Shown here one piece after another: positions 25,273 through 37,657 of a stretch of 64,000 nucleotides of DNA. The DNA is taken from NCBI GenBank assembly GCA_040285855.1, contig JAUFOQ010000003.1, positions 2,480,001 to 2,544,000 of the forward strand, given 5' to 3'. A program made the translations under genes and the position numbers. The notes below the pieces were generated by a model that did not search any database, had not been told where the DNA came from, and saw nothing but the letters and a program-made list of their open reading frames with translations. The stretch's first letter is position 1. Each line of letters starts with the position of its first letter. Origin of the DNA: Eukaryota sp. GEM-RC1. Taxonomy: Eukaryota.

Positions 25273-27045
25273 TTACGCAACATCTTGCCGATAATTGACC
25301 TCCAGATAGAGTTCATCAGTCCTCACAAAGTCTTTAACTTTCTTTCCATTACTTTGGTTGACCGCCTCTCCATCAGGAGTATAGATTACATTAATGTTTA
25401 CATAAAAATGATTAGGAAGAATTACACCATCACCATCTTTGAGACACTGAAATGAAGGAAGAATTTTTTCGTGTAAGTAGATTTCAGCTTTGATATCTGC
25501 AACTGTGACTCCAAATTCGCCAATGTTTACTGTAAATTTGTTACCATCCTGTTTATGGATAGTGATGATACATCTGTTGGAGTGACGAATGATCAAATGT
25601 AGAACTGATTTGTCTTTTACCCCACAGTCTTGAAGAATTTGACTGCCTTTAAGTTGTTTTTTGTTGAAAATGAGACGTTGAACATCAACAGGAAGGCCTG
25701 ATTCCTGACAGATCATATCATTGACAACTTCAATGGTGTCATGCGATTGAACTGCCAGACTGTAATCTCTGCCTGAAAGACACCGAATAACAATCGTTAA
25801 TGGACGATTCTCATCGGATTCGCGCTGGATTGGCTGTGATGACTTTCGAGTATTCATCATTTCTTCAATGCTAGACAAAGTCGTTCCATCATTTTCTTCA
25901 GATAATACTCGGACTGGAGTTTTCAATTTGTTGTGAAGTAAAGAATCAGAATTGGAAACCATGTCACAGTTAACACTGGATTCTTCAGGTCGAGGCAAAT
26001 CATTTAATGTTTCTAGTTGCGAAAGAACATCTTCAATTGATGGTCTACTTTCTGGATCCTTGCTAATCATACTAGAAATCAACGATATCAATGGTTCACG
26101 TAGCAAGCCCAAGTCAGGTAAAAAGTCTAAATCGATAGCAGCCCTTCCTTGATGATTCAACCGTTGAATTTGTAATTGAGTAACATTAGGAGCGATCTTT
26201 GTGGGATCCCTGTCACTGAAGATAGACCAAAGAACAACACCAAATGCATGTATGTCAGACTTTCCACTAAACTTAGTACATTGACCCATTAAAACTTCTG
26301 GTGCCACGTAAGCAATCGATCCTGATGACGACGGTGAGAACCAAAAATCATGAGTTCGAAAGCCATCAAAACCAGTTAGCTTAGCAGCAACAACTGTGTG
26401 GAATTTATTTTTGAGAATGATATTTTGGGCTGACACGTCACCATGAACATAACCAGCACGGTGAAACGAACAAAGAGCCAACGCAATATCTTCGGCAATG
26501 ATGGAAGCTTCGTTGACATTAAGCGATACATCATCATCCAATAACTGTTGCAAAGAACAGCTTAAACGTTCCTTAATAATACCTGGAGGATCTAGTGTTA
26601 CTCCAAAAATGGTGAGAACAGTGGAGGAGCATTCTATAGCCTTGTAGGTTTGGTAAATTCGTATAAGTGCTTGAGAAACATCATCTTGGTTGTTCAACTG
26701 TGTAAAACCCGGTTGTTCCAAAATGATAGGTTGACCCCCGAATGTAGCAGTCCCGATCATCGTACCGGAATTGTGGGCCAAAGGGGTAAGGTCTCTTAGA
26801 TCAGAGAGCGAAAGAATTTTTGGGAGAAGTGTGAGGTCCATCACTGCTTGTAAGCGACGATTTGGACTAAGATGTTGCTCAGTTAATGGAGATCTACACA
26901 GTGGACATGAAGGAGTCAATTTAACCCACTCAGTGATGCATTTTCGACAGAAAGAATGTCCACAGACAGAGATGACATAAGGGTCCAGCAAAAGGCCTCC
27001 ATGGATATTACAAAGAAAGCTGTTGGGATCATTGAAAGAAGACAT
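25273..27045 (-). CDS. RING/U-box - divergent (pseudo)kinase - two ubiquitin-like domains (590 aa)
   Basis: CNIH..LDP..CGHSFCRKC..W..CPLCR; kinase HGDVSAQN, YVAPE and DIHAFG but no VAIK or DFG; Ubl LSGRDYSL..DVQRLIFNKKQL..LHL; a second, more divergent Ubl; no C-terminal GG. Confidence 0.88.
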   Translation of the reverse strand: MSSFNDPNSFLCNIHGGLLLDPYVISVCGHSFCRKCITEWVKLTPSCPLCRSPLTEQHLSPNRRLQAVMDLTLLPKILSLSDLRDLTPLAHNSGTMIGTATFGGQPIILEQPGFTQLNNQDDVSQALIRIYQTYKAIECSSTVLTIFGVTLDPPGIIKERLSCSLQQLLDDDVSLNVNEASIIAEDIALALCSFHRAGYVHGDVSAQNIILKNKFHTVVAAKLTGFDGFRTHDFWFSPSSSGSIAYVAPEVLMGQCTKFSGKSDIHAFGVVLWSIFSDRDPTKIAPNVTQLQIQRLNHQGRAAIDLDFLPDLGLLREPLISLISSMISKDPESRPSIEDVLSQLETLNDLPRPEESSVNCDMVSNSDSLLHNKLKTPVRVLSEENDGTTLSSIEEMMNTRKSSQPIQRESDENRPLTIVIRCLSGRDYSLAVQSHDTIEVVNDMICQESGLPVDVQRLIFNKKQLKGSQILQDCGVKDKSVLHLIIRHSNRCIITIHKQDGNKFTVNIGEFGVTVADIKAEIYLHEKILPSFQCLKDGDGVILPNHFYVNINVIYTPDGEAVNQSNGKKVKDFVRTDELYLEVNYRQDVA

Positions 27046-27083
27046 TACAGGGAGTCAAGTAGTGTGTAAAATAGGATTGTAGT

Positions 27084-28046
27084 TAGACTTAAACCTTGAA
27101 ATCGGATTTTTTATCTCAAATCCGATCCGATCCGAATCTGTCTGATCGAGATCTGAATCCGATCCGGATCCTGGTGTTCAATATCCGAATCCGATCCGAA
27201 AGATCCGATCGGATTCAGCTTTTTTATCTAATACATTTCTTAGATTCTGTTTTAAGTGTTGCACTTATCTTACTATTTTAGTTCCATAAAGAAATGACGT
27301 CCTTTGAACTGGTTGTTTGTAAAAAGAATGATAACAAAATTCTACTAATATTCATTAGTCAAAAGTAACATTCATTGTCATCATCAAAGAAAAGTCCATC
27401 ATCAGCCATAAATCCAAGTTTTGTTCATGAATTGAGTAAAACCAATACTGTACTTGAACTGTGTCACATTTGAAAGATGCTCTATTTTCGGACACAGCTA
27501 ACCCAGCACGGGGAACAGTCTTTCACAATGGTACAGACGATACCTGTATTGAACAATAATCAAAGAAGATTATCAGAATCCAAGAGAACGGCTACATCCG
27601 AATAGTAAGACATTTGGAAACAGATGCAGTTTCCGAATTAACTTAGAGAGGAGTCATGTTCAACAGTCATATTTTCAAATCAATCGTTTTCAATAACGTG
27701 TAATATTAGTAAAGAAACGGGGTTTATGATCAATACAGTTAATTAGTATGTATTAATTTATTGTTGCAAATAAACTCTTATATACAGTTAATTACAGGAA
27801 TTACTTTTGTAAAAAAGAATGACTCAAAGACACCAACTAATGAATCTATATTAGTATTAGTTAAGTAATCAGATGTATTTTGCGTCCACAACAATATCAA
27901 AATCATTAGAAATCCGATCGGATATTTCGGATCTGGTAGGATAAATCCGATCCGAATCCGAATCCGAGCAAAACCAAGAAAATCGCTCCGATCCGAGAAA
28001 TCCGCTCCGATTATCCGATCCGAAGTTGATCCGATTCCAAGGTCTA
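27084..28046. mobile_element. hAT deletion derivative with ATCCG subterminal repeats
   Basis: 8-bp TSD ATTGTAGT and TIR of about TAGACCTTGGAATCGGAT. The minus strand carries a hAT dimerisation remnant (VSSVP..CERLF) near 27500-27550. Confidence 0.82.
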
Positions 28047-28098
28047 ATTGTAGTGTGGGAGTTTCTCCTGGGAATTCTTCTAGTTCTACAGTGCTATT

Positions 28099-29397
28099 CA
28101 GGGGTGGGAAAACAATATTGATCTTCCAATATTGCAATAAACATTGCTGCAATATTTATTTCCGCTCTTTGAGTTGGACCAATATTTATTGTTACACCGG
28201 TTAATTATTGCAGTATTGCAATATTGGTCAATGTACTTCGAGTTGTTCGTTTCGTTGTTTTGCATCACCATTTGGCAGGCCCTCTCATAAGATAATTTAA
28301 AATAATTTGAACATCAAAAAGTGCCAAAAATAAATGTGTAAATAAAGATAATTAAAACAAAATAAAACTCATATAAAACACAATATTTTATTAGTACCGT
28401 TTCTCTCAGTCACTATCGATGATTAAACAATCCATTTGATCTTGTTTTTCTTGTCGAAAATGGTTAGTTGACTTTCTGCTTCGTATAATTGCTCTGACTG
28501 TGTCGCCACTGGATCTTCAGCATTAGTTCAATATTAAGCATCGTGAACGACCATGAGAATTGTTCACTGATCATACGTCTGGATATAGTTGTGGGATTGA
28601 CTTAGAACACAGTTAAAGGCTTGTCTGTGTCGGTTAGGTTCGACATTGAAATGACAAAGTTTGAGGGAAAATGACTTGACTTTGATTCTGGACTAAACTT
28701 CAGTATTTCACACGTCATGTTTCAAGTCAATCGACAACCTTGAGCACGAAATTAACCGATGTATTATATAGATCAATGAAGTTTACTTTCCGACATTTTA
28801 TTTATATTGTGTTTTATTTTGTTTTATTTGCATGATCGCCAAAAAAGGCTCAAAAATAAATAGAAATAGAAATAAATAGAAATAAATAGAATTTATATTT
28901 ATTTATGAGGAGCCCTGCCATTTGGACTTCCAAAACCATTTTTGTTGTCTTATGTGTTTAAATATAATGAGAGTTGCTTTATCGGTATATTTCCAGTCGT
29001 TATATTGTCATAATGTCTTTCATTTGAGCTCAATTCGACTGTTAACTAGAAGTACAATGTAAATTCTTTCCCTCACACTACTGATTCTACATTGTCATAA
29101 TTACTTCTAATGACGAAGCCCAAAGAAACAGCACTATTCTACTGTACGAAGGTAGATCCTCTACCAAGCAATACTCCCGAAGGAAAAACAGCCTGGAAGT
29201 GCAGAAAATGCCCTGATACTACACCCCTCTTTGTTAAATGGTATTGAGATTACTTCGGATATTTCTGATGATGATGAACAATAGACTATGTGAGTTTTTT
29301 GTAATAAATACATAATATGATTCATATTCTAGTTGTTGCAATATTGCAATATTTGTTGGCACTATTTCAGAATTGCAGTATTGTTTTCCCACCCCTG
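28099..29397. mobile_element. hAT deletion derivative
   Basis: 19-bp TIR CAGGGGTGGGAAAACAATA and a BED-finger-like remnant GKTAWKCRKC near 29185. The TSD is degenerate. Confidence 0.78.
28276..28917. mobile_element. hAT-type MITE nested in 28099-29397
   Basis: 8-bp TSD CCATTTGG and TIRs CAGGCCCTCTCATAA / TTATGAGGAGCCCTG. Related pieces occur at about 20735-20820 and 35080-35167. Confidence 0.85.
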
Positions 29398-29595
29398 GAA
29401 CTATATGTAGTACTAACCTGTAGTACTACATGTAGTAGTTCATTGTTCCAAACAATTGTTCCAAACTCTGTGGGATGGAGCTTAACACATAGTAATTGTT
29501 GTTCAATAAGAACTTATTATTGATTGAACTTATTACAATACATCATGAGGATGAAATGTAGTAGTCTAGGACATATTACTAGCTTCAGTACAACC

Positions 29596-31254
29596 CAGGG
29601 GTGAGAAAAAATATATTTATATTGTATTTATTGCAATAAATATCTATTTATTTATTTATTGTTCTGTGAGTTACCGACAATATACAGTCTTCCCTCGGTT
29701 TAGTGCCGCTGTTTGGACCGGCACTAAACCGAGGTCGGCACTATATCGAGGGTTTGTTCCGTGCAGTGTGAACAGACGATGATGGATGTTTATTGTTATG
29801 TGAAATAAAAGCTATGACTGACGTGCATCTACTGATGATACTAGTGGGGTACCATTGGCCATCATATGGGAGAGAAAGGGTTTCAAGAAAAAGGCAGTGA
29901 CACATTGAGAAATTTGACATCATTCATGATGTTTTAGCAAACAACGAAGAGCTAGGAATGAAGTTTATCAGACAACAAGTACATCTGAGATCACTGAAGA
30001 AGTATCAGCCCAGAACAGAAAGCTTGGAGAAGACAAAATCTTCTCCCAAAGAAAGAATTTGAAAGGAGAAATCAGATGAGAACGTTGTGTAGAAAGCATT
30101 TGAAGGAATGAAAACGGAGATAGACGTGCGAAATCCGTCAACGAAGAGGAAGAACATGTGGTTGCCTTCAAGACGAAGGATATTCTAACCCCTGAGCGGG
30201 TATATGGGCTCATTCAACGTTCTTGGTGCCTTCTTCCTCCAGCAAAACGTCTCTACTAAAGCCGTCGTCCGGTCACCGTGGAAAATGTTCCCGTTGAGTC
30301 CAAATTGTATACACTCCCAAATCTACCCTTATATATATCAAAACAAAAGATGAGAACAGAGGAAGACAGGAAGTGGGACATTTTTGGCGTGATTTGGTGT
30401 AGAGTATGTCTAGATAACAGACACGACTCTTTGTACAGCATCTTCAGAAGGAAAGTGTGTGAAGAGAAGAAAGGTTAATGTTGGGCTCCAAATGTGAAGC
30501 CAAAGACTATAGAATGTAAGCGTGTTTATTGTACATATAGTTAGACAGGAGATCGATCGATGTACGGTCGATAGAGAAGGAAAGATCGGTCGACAAATGT
30601 TTGGAAGTGAAAATTTGGCACTAAACCGAGGTGGCACTAAACCGAGGGAAGACTGTATTTATTGTTGGTCGAAACAATAAACAATATTATTGCAATATAT
30701 TGCAATATATTTAAATATCTTGGTATTCTATTTTGTCTGTTTTTACAGCAATACATTGTGCCATTTTGAAGAAATACAGTGTAAAGTGATTGATTGGAGG
30801 TTGCTGAGCACGATACAATACTATCTGAATCTTCTTTATGTCTGAACATAAGGAAACTGTTACCCACTACTTTTCAAATAGGTACTTGACACGATTTGTC
30901 CTGCTTAATACGACGGAAACCCAAACTGTTCTGTTGTTGTGCAATTGGCGTTACTCCGAAGAAGTATCTTCAATCAGAGTCTTATTCACTACACAATCTA
31001 TTGAGCTCCTTTAGGACGATGACGAGACTGAGGAACATTTGATATATCATAAGAAATGTTAGAGCTGTTCTTGTCTCCTTATTGACACATAGAAACTAAA
31101 TAAAATTAACCAATATTTATTGACAATAAAAAATATATTTATTGTTTTCGACAACAATAACAATATATTTATTTCTGTCAAAAACAATAACAATATATTT
31201 ATTTTTATCGGAAACAATAAACAATATATTTAAATAAATATTTTCACACCCCTG
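29596..31254. mobile_element. hAT-type non-autonomous element
   Basis: 8-bp TSD GTACAACC and TIR CAGGGGTG(A/T)GAAAA. Confidence 0.85.
29685..30655. mobile_element. Pogo/Tc1-type MITE nested in the hAT element
   Basis: TA TSD, perfect 23-bp TIR CAGTCTTCCCTCGGTTTAGTGCC, and GGCACTAAACCGAGG subterminal repeats. Confidence 0.88.
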
Positions 31255-31443
31255 GTACAACCACTGCAGATCTTTTATCTTTAGTATTGTACTTATACGA
31301 TATATGTTTGACATTTCCTGGTGGTGTGCTACTTCATCATTATTGTTATTGAACTACATATCGATGATGGGTTTCTCGTGAAAGGACCTACTAGTACATG
31401 TGGACTAAATTCTAGATTGTAACTTCTTTTTCAAACTTTCCTA

Positions 31444-34400
31444 ATGGGTTCTTCTGCTTCCAAACTTTCTAATGAAGAAGCACTCAACTATTCTACTCAT
31501 TACAATTTCGATCTTTGGAGAATCAAAAAGCTGCATAACCGTTTCACCCAGATGGATGCAGATAAGGATAGTCAAATCACACGCCAAGAACTTCTATTGG
31601 AACTTGGGGATATTCCCCTTAAGGAACGAGTCTTCGCTCTTTTACCCGACAAGAAGGAAAAGCTAACATTTGAGGACTTTCTTGAAATTCTCTTTCAAGC
31701 TCGTGAACAAAAAGCAAGATCGCAGTTGAAACTTTCCCGTCCTAGTTTCGCTCCTCGTGATAGGGAACTTACGGTCTCCCAAAAGGTGATGTTCAGTCTT
31801 TCCCCAATTCTCATGCACTAAAGACGGTTGAAAGTGAGCTTATAAAGGTTTTTCACTCTCTTACTGGCCCTCCTGTTTCTATTAACGGGGATCCTTCCCA
31901 ATCATGCATTGGTATCAAACTTGGTAATTACAATACAATGGCTGCTCTTTACAAGCCAAAAACTACAAGTCAACGCTATGATGACGTTGAAATGATCACG
32001 TTGAACTATGGAGAAAACAGTCTGTTTACAACAGTCTCTTTTGACTCTACTGGTGCTCTTTTGGTCAATCTTTACTTACTAACAATCCAGTCAACTCTGT
32101 CCTTTACGGTTTCCTTGCTTTATTAGGTAAGGGATTCAACGATGTAACTGTCAGAAACTTTCTTGTCAACAACAGTTCATCGAACAACTCATTTGATCTT
32201 GTTGATATTGGTACTGAATGTACTTATGAGTTTACTGGAACAGAAGAAGGAAAAACAAAAGTTATGCACAAAAATCCTCAAGAGCTTACACACCTCTTTC
32301 TATCTCATCTAAAGCAATTAATTGAAGAATATTGCAATAATACCAATCTCAGAGTTGTTATTACTGTACCGCTGTCACTTCCGGAATCCCAACGTTATCT
32401 TTTACTAAATACTACTGAATCAGTATTTCCAGGTGTTAAGACTGTAAGTACACCAACTGCTATTTGTGCTGCCTATATTAATGAAAATCAGTCTCTAAAA
32501 GACAAAGTTCTGCTTGTTGTTGATATTGGTGCTATGAATACCGAGTTGGCTGCATGTCGATTTAGTAATAACGTGTTACACGTTCTTGCTGCTGACACAT
32601 TGATTGATGTGGGGGAACCAGTTTAGATTCTACAATTTTGAATTATTTCGGAGAAGAATTGCCAAAAAATGTCAACAGGAAAAAGGTAGATTTTGAAGAC
32701 TTAAAGAGACAGTGTATACTCAAAAAGAAGAACTTTTTGATGATGACGTGGAATCTGATGATGAAATTGAACTTGATATTAATTTTGTTGATTCAACACC
32801 ATCAATTGAACTTGCTCGGACAAAAGGACAAATTCTTGAACATTGTCAGGGATTCTTTGCCAAGGTTGTTTGGGGTATACGTGAATTTAGAGAACAACAA
32901 CGACTAGTCGATTTTATGTTGCTTTCTGGTGGATGTGCTGAAATACCTGAATTAAGGAGAGAAATTTATAATGAGTTCAAAATATTGGAACCTCAATGTA
33001 ATGTTAAACAAAATACTGCTGCTGCTAGCGGTGCTTGTCTTATTGCTGCTGGTAGGTTTTCAGGACAACAAAAGTTTACAGTTTCCGAAATCACCACAAG
33101 TAGTCTTCTCAAAAGTAAAAGTATTGCGAAAAAGCCAAGTGTGCCTAGGTCATTACCGTTTCCCGCCAGAAAGTTGAACTTTTCACCAAGTTCTGATGTT
33201 CTAAATAAAGAGAAGGACCAACTGACTAGTTGGTTAGCCACTCACGATCCTACACAATCGTGCATTGGTATTAAGCTTGGTAACTACAATTCAATGGCTG
33301 CTCTTTACAAGCCAAAAACTACAAGTCAACGCTCTGATGACGTTGAAATGATCACGTTGAACTATGGAGAAAACAGTCTGTCTACAACCGTCTCTTTTGA
33401 CTCTACTGGTGCTCTTTTGGTCAATCTTTACTTACTAACAATCCAGTCAACTCTATCCTTTACGGTTTCCTCGCTTTATTAGGTAAGGGATTCAACGATG
33501 TAACTGTCAGGAACTTTCTTGTCAACAACAATTCATTGAACTCATTTAATCTTGTTGATGTTGGTAGTGAATGTACTTATGAGTTTACTGGAACTGAAGA
33601 TGGAAAAAGAAAAGTTATGCACAAAAGTCCCCAGGAGCTTACACATCTCTTTCTTTGTCATCTAAAGCAATTAATTGAAAGTTATTGTAACAACACCAAT
33701 CTCAGAGTTGTCATTACTGTACCGCTGTCACTTCCCGAATCCCAACGTTATCTTTTACTAAATACTACTGAATCAGTATTTCCAGGTGTTAAGACTGTAA
33801 ATACACCAACTGCTATTTGTGCTGCCTATATTAATGAAAATCAGTCTCTAAAAGACAAAGTTCTGCTAGTTGTTGATATTGGTGCTATGAATACCGAGTT
33901 GGTTGCATGTCGATTTAGTGATAACGTGTTACACGTTCTTGCTGCTGACACATTGATTGATGTGGGGGGAACCAGTTTAGATTCTACAATTTTGAATTAT
34001 TTTAAAAATGAATTGCCAAAAAATGTCAACAGGAAAAAGGTAGATTTTGAAGACTTAAAGAGACAGTGTATCCTCAATAAAGAAGAAGAACTTTTTCATG
34101 ATGACATGGACTCTGATGATGAAATGGAGATCGATGTTAATTTTGTTGACTCAACTCCATCAATTAAACTGGCCCGGACAAAAGGACAAATTCTTGAACA
34201 TTGTCATGAATTTTTCGATCAAGTTATCAGAGGTATCCGTGTGTTTCTGGAAACAACAACGGCTAGTTGATTTTATGTTGCTTTCTGGTGGATGTGCTGA
34301 AATACCTGAATTAAGGAGAGAAATTTATAATGAGTTCAAAATCGTGGATCCTCAATGTAATGTTCAACAAAATACTGCTGCTGCTAGCGGTGCTTCTCTT

Positions 34401-34787
34401 ATTGCTGCTGGTAGGTTTTCAGGACAACAAAAGTTTTCAGTTTCCGAAATCACCACAAGTAGTCTTGGTATCAAAGGTAAATTTGGACAGTTTAATGTAT
34501 TGCTTAACAAAGGTAGTCGCTTACCTTGCTCGTGTACAGAGGAATTTGCCAACGAACACGATAATCAAACTCAACTGGTGATTCAAATTTACCAAGGTGA
34601 AGGTACTCGTATTTCCAGATTACATACCCTCCTTGGTGAAATATTGGTTGACATCCAACCACGAAAGGCTTTTGAATTCAAGTTTAAGGTATCATTTTGT
34701 TTGTCGATCAACAATGTGCTAAATGTATCAGCCATTGACATGCAAAATCAACAACTATCTTCTATATGTATAAAAAGGAAATACTAG
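31444..34787 (+). CDS. Myristoylation motif + EF-hand fused to two tandem atypical Hsp70-like NBDs and an Hsp70 SBD-beta (intron 31786-31823; about 5 frameshifts)
   Basis: MGSSAS start with a calcineurin-B/NCS-like EF hand (MDADKDSQITRQE). Removing the 38-nt intron gtgatg...cactaaag puts it in frame with CIGIKLGNYNTMAA. NBD1 spans about 31905-33090 and NBD2 about 33260-34450. SBD motifs DNQTQLVIQIYQGE, LLGEI and LNVSAID. Confidence 0.75.
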
Positions 34788-35167
34788 TTTCTCTAAAACA
34801 AGGATTAAGACCTTCATCTTCTTAGGGTCACCTCCGTTACTGTTCTAACTGCTTCTCTTCCTCAAGAACCGGCTCAAATTAGGATCGGTTTCGGTTCGAC
34901 TTTGTGTGCTTTTATTAATTCAATGGCCTCGTGATTAATGAGTGGTTATTTCTCAATTATCACAACAATGCCAATCTCCGTTGTGAACTAATCTTTTTTT
35001 GAGTTATGATCATCTCGTTTTCCTGATGATATACAGATCTTCCATGTCGAAAGTTTTGTCTTTGAACTTTGCTTTGAACCAGGCCCTCTCATAAGATAAT
35101 TTAAAATACTTTGAACATCAAAAAGTGCCAAAAATAAATGTGAAATAAATATAATTAAAACCAAATA

Positions 35168-37657
35168 CAGTCAACCCTGTCTATAGCGTCACTATATGTC
35201 CTTACGCTATATCCAGTTTTACGCTATATCCAATAAACACCCTGTGCAGTTCTACAAATTGAGTTGAGTCTTTATATACAAAGCAAATGAAGAGAACTAG
35301 GAGTGGGCCATTCGTTCATTGCCAAAGTAGATGTAACAACCATGTCAATGATGAGATCAGCGGTCAACACCAAAATGTGGTGATGTCAAATTTTGACCAA
35401 TGAAATTGAACGAAGAGTTCAACTGAAGACATTCACGTGCTGTAGCTTCTCATAAACCATATTTGTATAGAGACGCCCTATTCTCACTCCCTGATTTCGC
35501 TTATTTTCACTCCCTTCCTATAAGTTCAATACACTGTTAATTCAACTTCATGTACATCTTCGTGTCTCTTTTAACGTATATTTATTCCAAACATAAAACT
35601 ATTGTACATTGGATGGTTGCTGTTCTAACATTTGCTGAAATTGCTTCTTCAGTAGACAATTTCTCCTATCATGGTCTTCAGATCTGCCACATTTTCTAGG
35701 ACATCGTTGTCGTTGAATGTTGCCTTGATCAGCAAAGTTCTGTCTGTTTCCAGATTCAGATTCTCTTGGTCTTCCTCTGGACTGGGCAACATTCGGAGGG
35801 AGAATGCTAGACAATCTAGGCTGACCGGCATTCACTTCCTGTTGAATGGGACCATCTAGGTACCAGTGTTGATGGAACATTGCTGCTGTGAGAGTTCGCC
35901 GTTCTCTCAACAATTGCTGCAAGATCTTACAACAAGGTATTCCTGTCTTCACAAGACATTCTCTTTTGCAAGTTTCAAGTTGATCAGGATCTCGTTCAAC
36001 TATTCTGATCACTTCTACCGTCTTCATTTCATGTAGCAGAATCCAATGTGGTAAGTCATCAAAGTAGGAGTAGTGCCGACAATAGCTAATAAAGGTAGCT
36101 GATTGGATTCGGTCTTACAAGTACAATCAACTTGGATGACTGTGTGAAATTTTTGAAGTATTTGAGAGATTTTTTGTGGAGAAAGAGAAAGTGAGTAACA
36201 TGCTGGTCAGCATCCCAAAGAAGGCTCACAACGAAAGATTGTTCGTGTATCTTCGTTATAAGTTCTTCTACAGAAGGTTTCAATCCAAGACTTTCAGACA
36301 CAGCGCCTTTGAGATCGTGAATATCTTGAGCAATAATGCAGCAACTAGGGTCTTTTAAACGAAGACAATCCACAATTTGATCTGCAGGAATCCAAGACTG
36401 AATCATGTAAACGGCCAGTTCCCTGAGCTCGGGGTTGAATGTGAATCGACTATACTGGGGATACACAGACAAGTCTTGACTGGGTTGATGGTTGTGCTCC
36501 AAAAACGACGCCTCTCTATCAACAAACCACTCCCTTGGAAATCGTTTTCTTCTTAAGACTAGGAAGAATCGGCAGTTATTACTGAATGAACTATGTACGC
36601 GAGTTGATCCAATCTCGGAACTACCAGTTGAATGAACACAAACAAGTTTTATGTATGACGATGAACATGTATATTTAGATCTAAACAAACGAATGACGAA
36701 ACCCTGATCGAATGCTTTCTCTTTAAGAGCATCCAAATAGTCCTTAGTATCGTTTGCACCATTTAGCAGTTCAGGGATCTCCATAGGGAAAGAAACATCA
36801 GGGACATCTTCGATAGGCTCACTAAGGTCTATGAAAGCACGAGGTTCGTTACCATCATCCTCCTCTTCAGAAGAAGGCACGGCAAGAAGAAAGAGCCGGG
36901 ATCGTAGTTCATGGGATCGAAGTTTTGATCCATTAAACTTATGGGAAGGGAGTGAAAATAAGCGAAATCAGGGAGTGAGAATAGGGCGTCTCATTTGTAT
37001 ATGGGAGGAAGGATGAATGATCATGTCTTCACATCATGATCTATGTTCGATCCACCCATCCTCTACCGTCTTCTTCTGCATGTAGGTGGGATACCTATGT
37101 CACATAGTACACATTTTATCATTTCTACGCTGGTATTTGTTCTTACAACACGATAAACTCTTCGTCTTCGTATCTTAAAGTTATAGTATTGGTTCAGCAG
37201 AGAGGTGATGGCGATACAAGGGAAGAAGTCTTTCAAGTTTGAGAGATGATAGATCTAAACACCTTCGTTTTGAGGATGGTGCGCCTTCGACGTTATATCT
37301 TTACTCTGTTGACTCTATTCACAAGAGATGTCTATATTTAGAGAAATGTAGATGTTGAAGAATGTTTTCTACGTGTGTGAACTGGGGTTGCTTCGTAAGG
37401 CGATGTAGACCTTGAAGGAAGATGAGAAACAACAACAGAACAATGATGTGAGACAACGGCTGTCAAAGCATCATCAAGTTGTTGGATATGATGAATAGAA
37501 TGGAATGTTTAGCTAGAGGTACTTTATCACTTCATACTACACTCGTAACAGAGACAAACAGATTGTCGTTCTGGAAAAAATGTCGTGTGGGTGAAAAAAT
37601 AACGCTATAAAGAGTTTTACGCTATAAAGAGTTTTACGCTATAGACAGGGTTGACTG
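35168..37657. mobile_element. Pogo/Tc1-type element inserted in a hAT MITE end and carrying a MULE
   Basis: TA TSD and perfect 22-bp TIR CAGTCAACCCTGTCTATAGCGT. The flanks rejoin as the 28276-family MITE sequence. Confidence 0.88.
35470..36992 (-). mobile_element. MULE (Mutator-like) deletion derivative
   Basis: 9-bp TSD ATTTGTATA and TIR of about 50 bp starting GAGACGCCCTATTCTCACTCCC. It encodes a FAR1-like N-terminus (36086-36880) and SWIM/CCHC C-terminus (35599-36027), with the DDE core deleted. Confidence 0.92.

Noticed and set aside
31444..31821. Stand-alone calcineurin B gene
   Set aside because: Only about half of the EF-hand set is present, and a plausible intron links it in frame to the downstream NBD.
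32064..32090. 27-nt GT..TACTAAC..CAG mini-intron as a fix for the shared frameshift
   Set aside because: Its length is a multiple of three, so the downstream TAG remains. The region also encodes the expected NP.N Hsp70 motif in the shifted frame.
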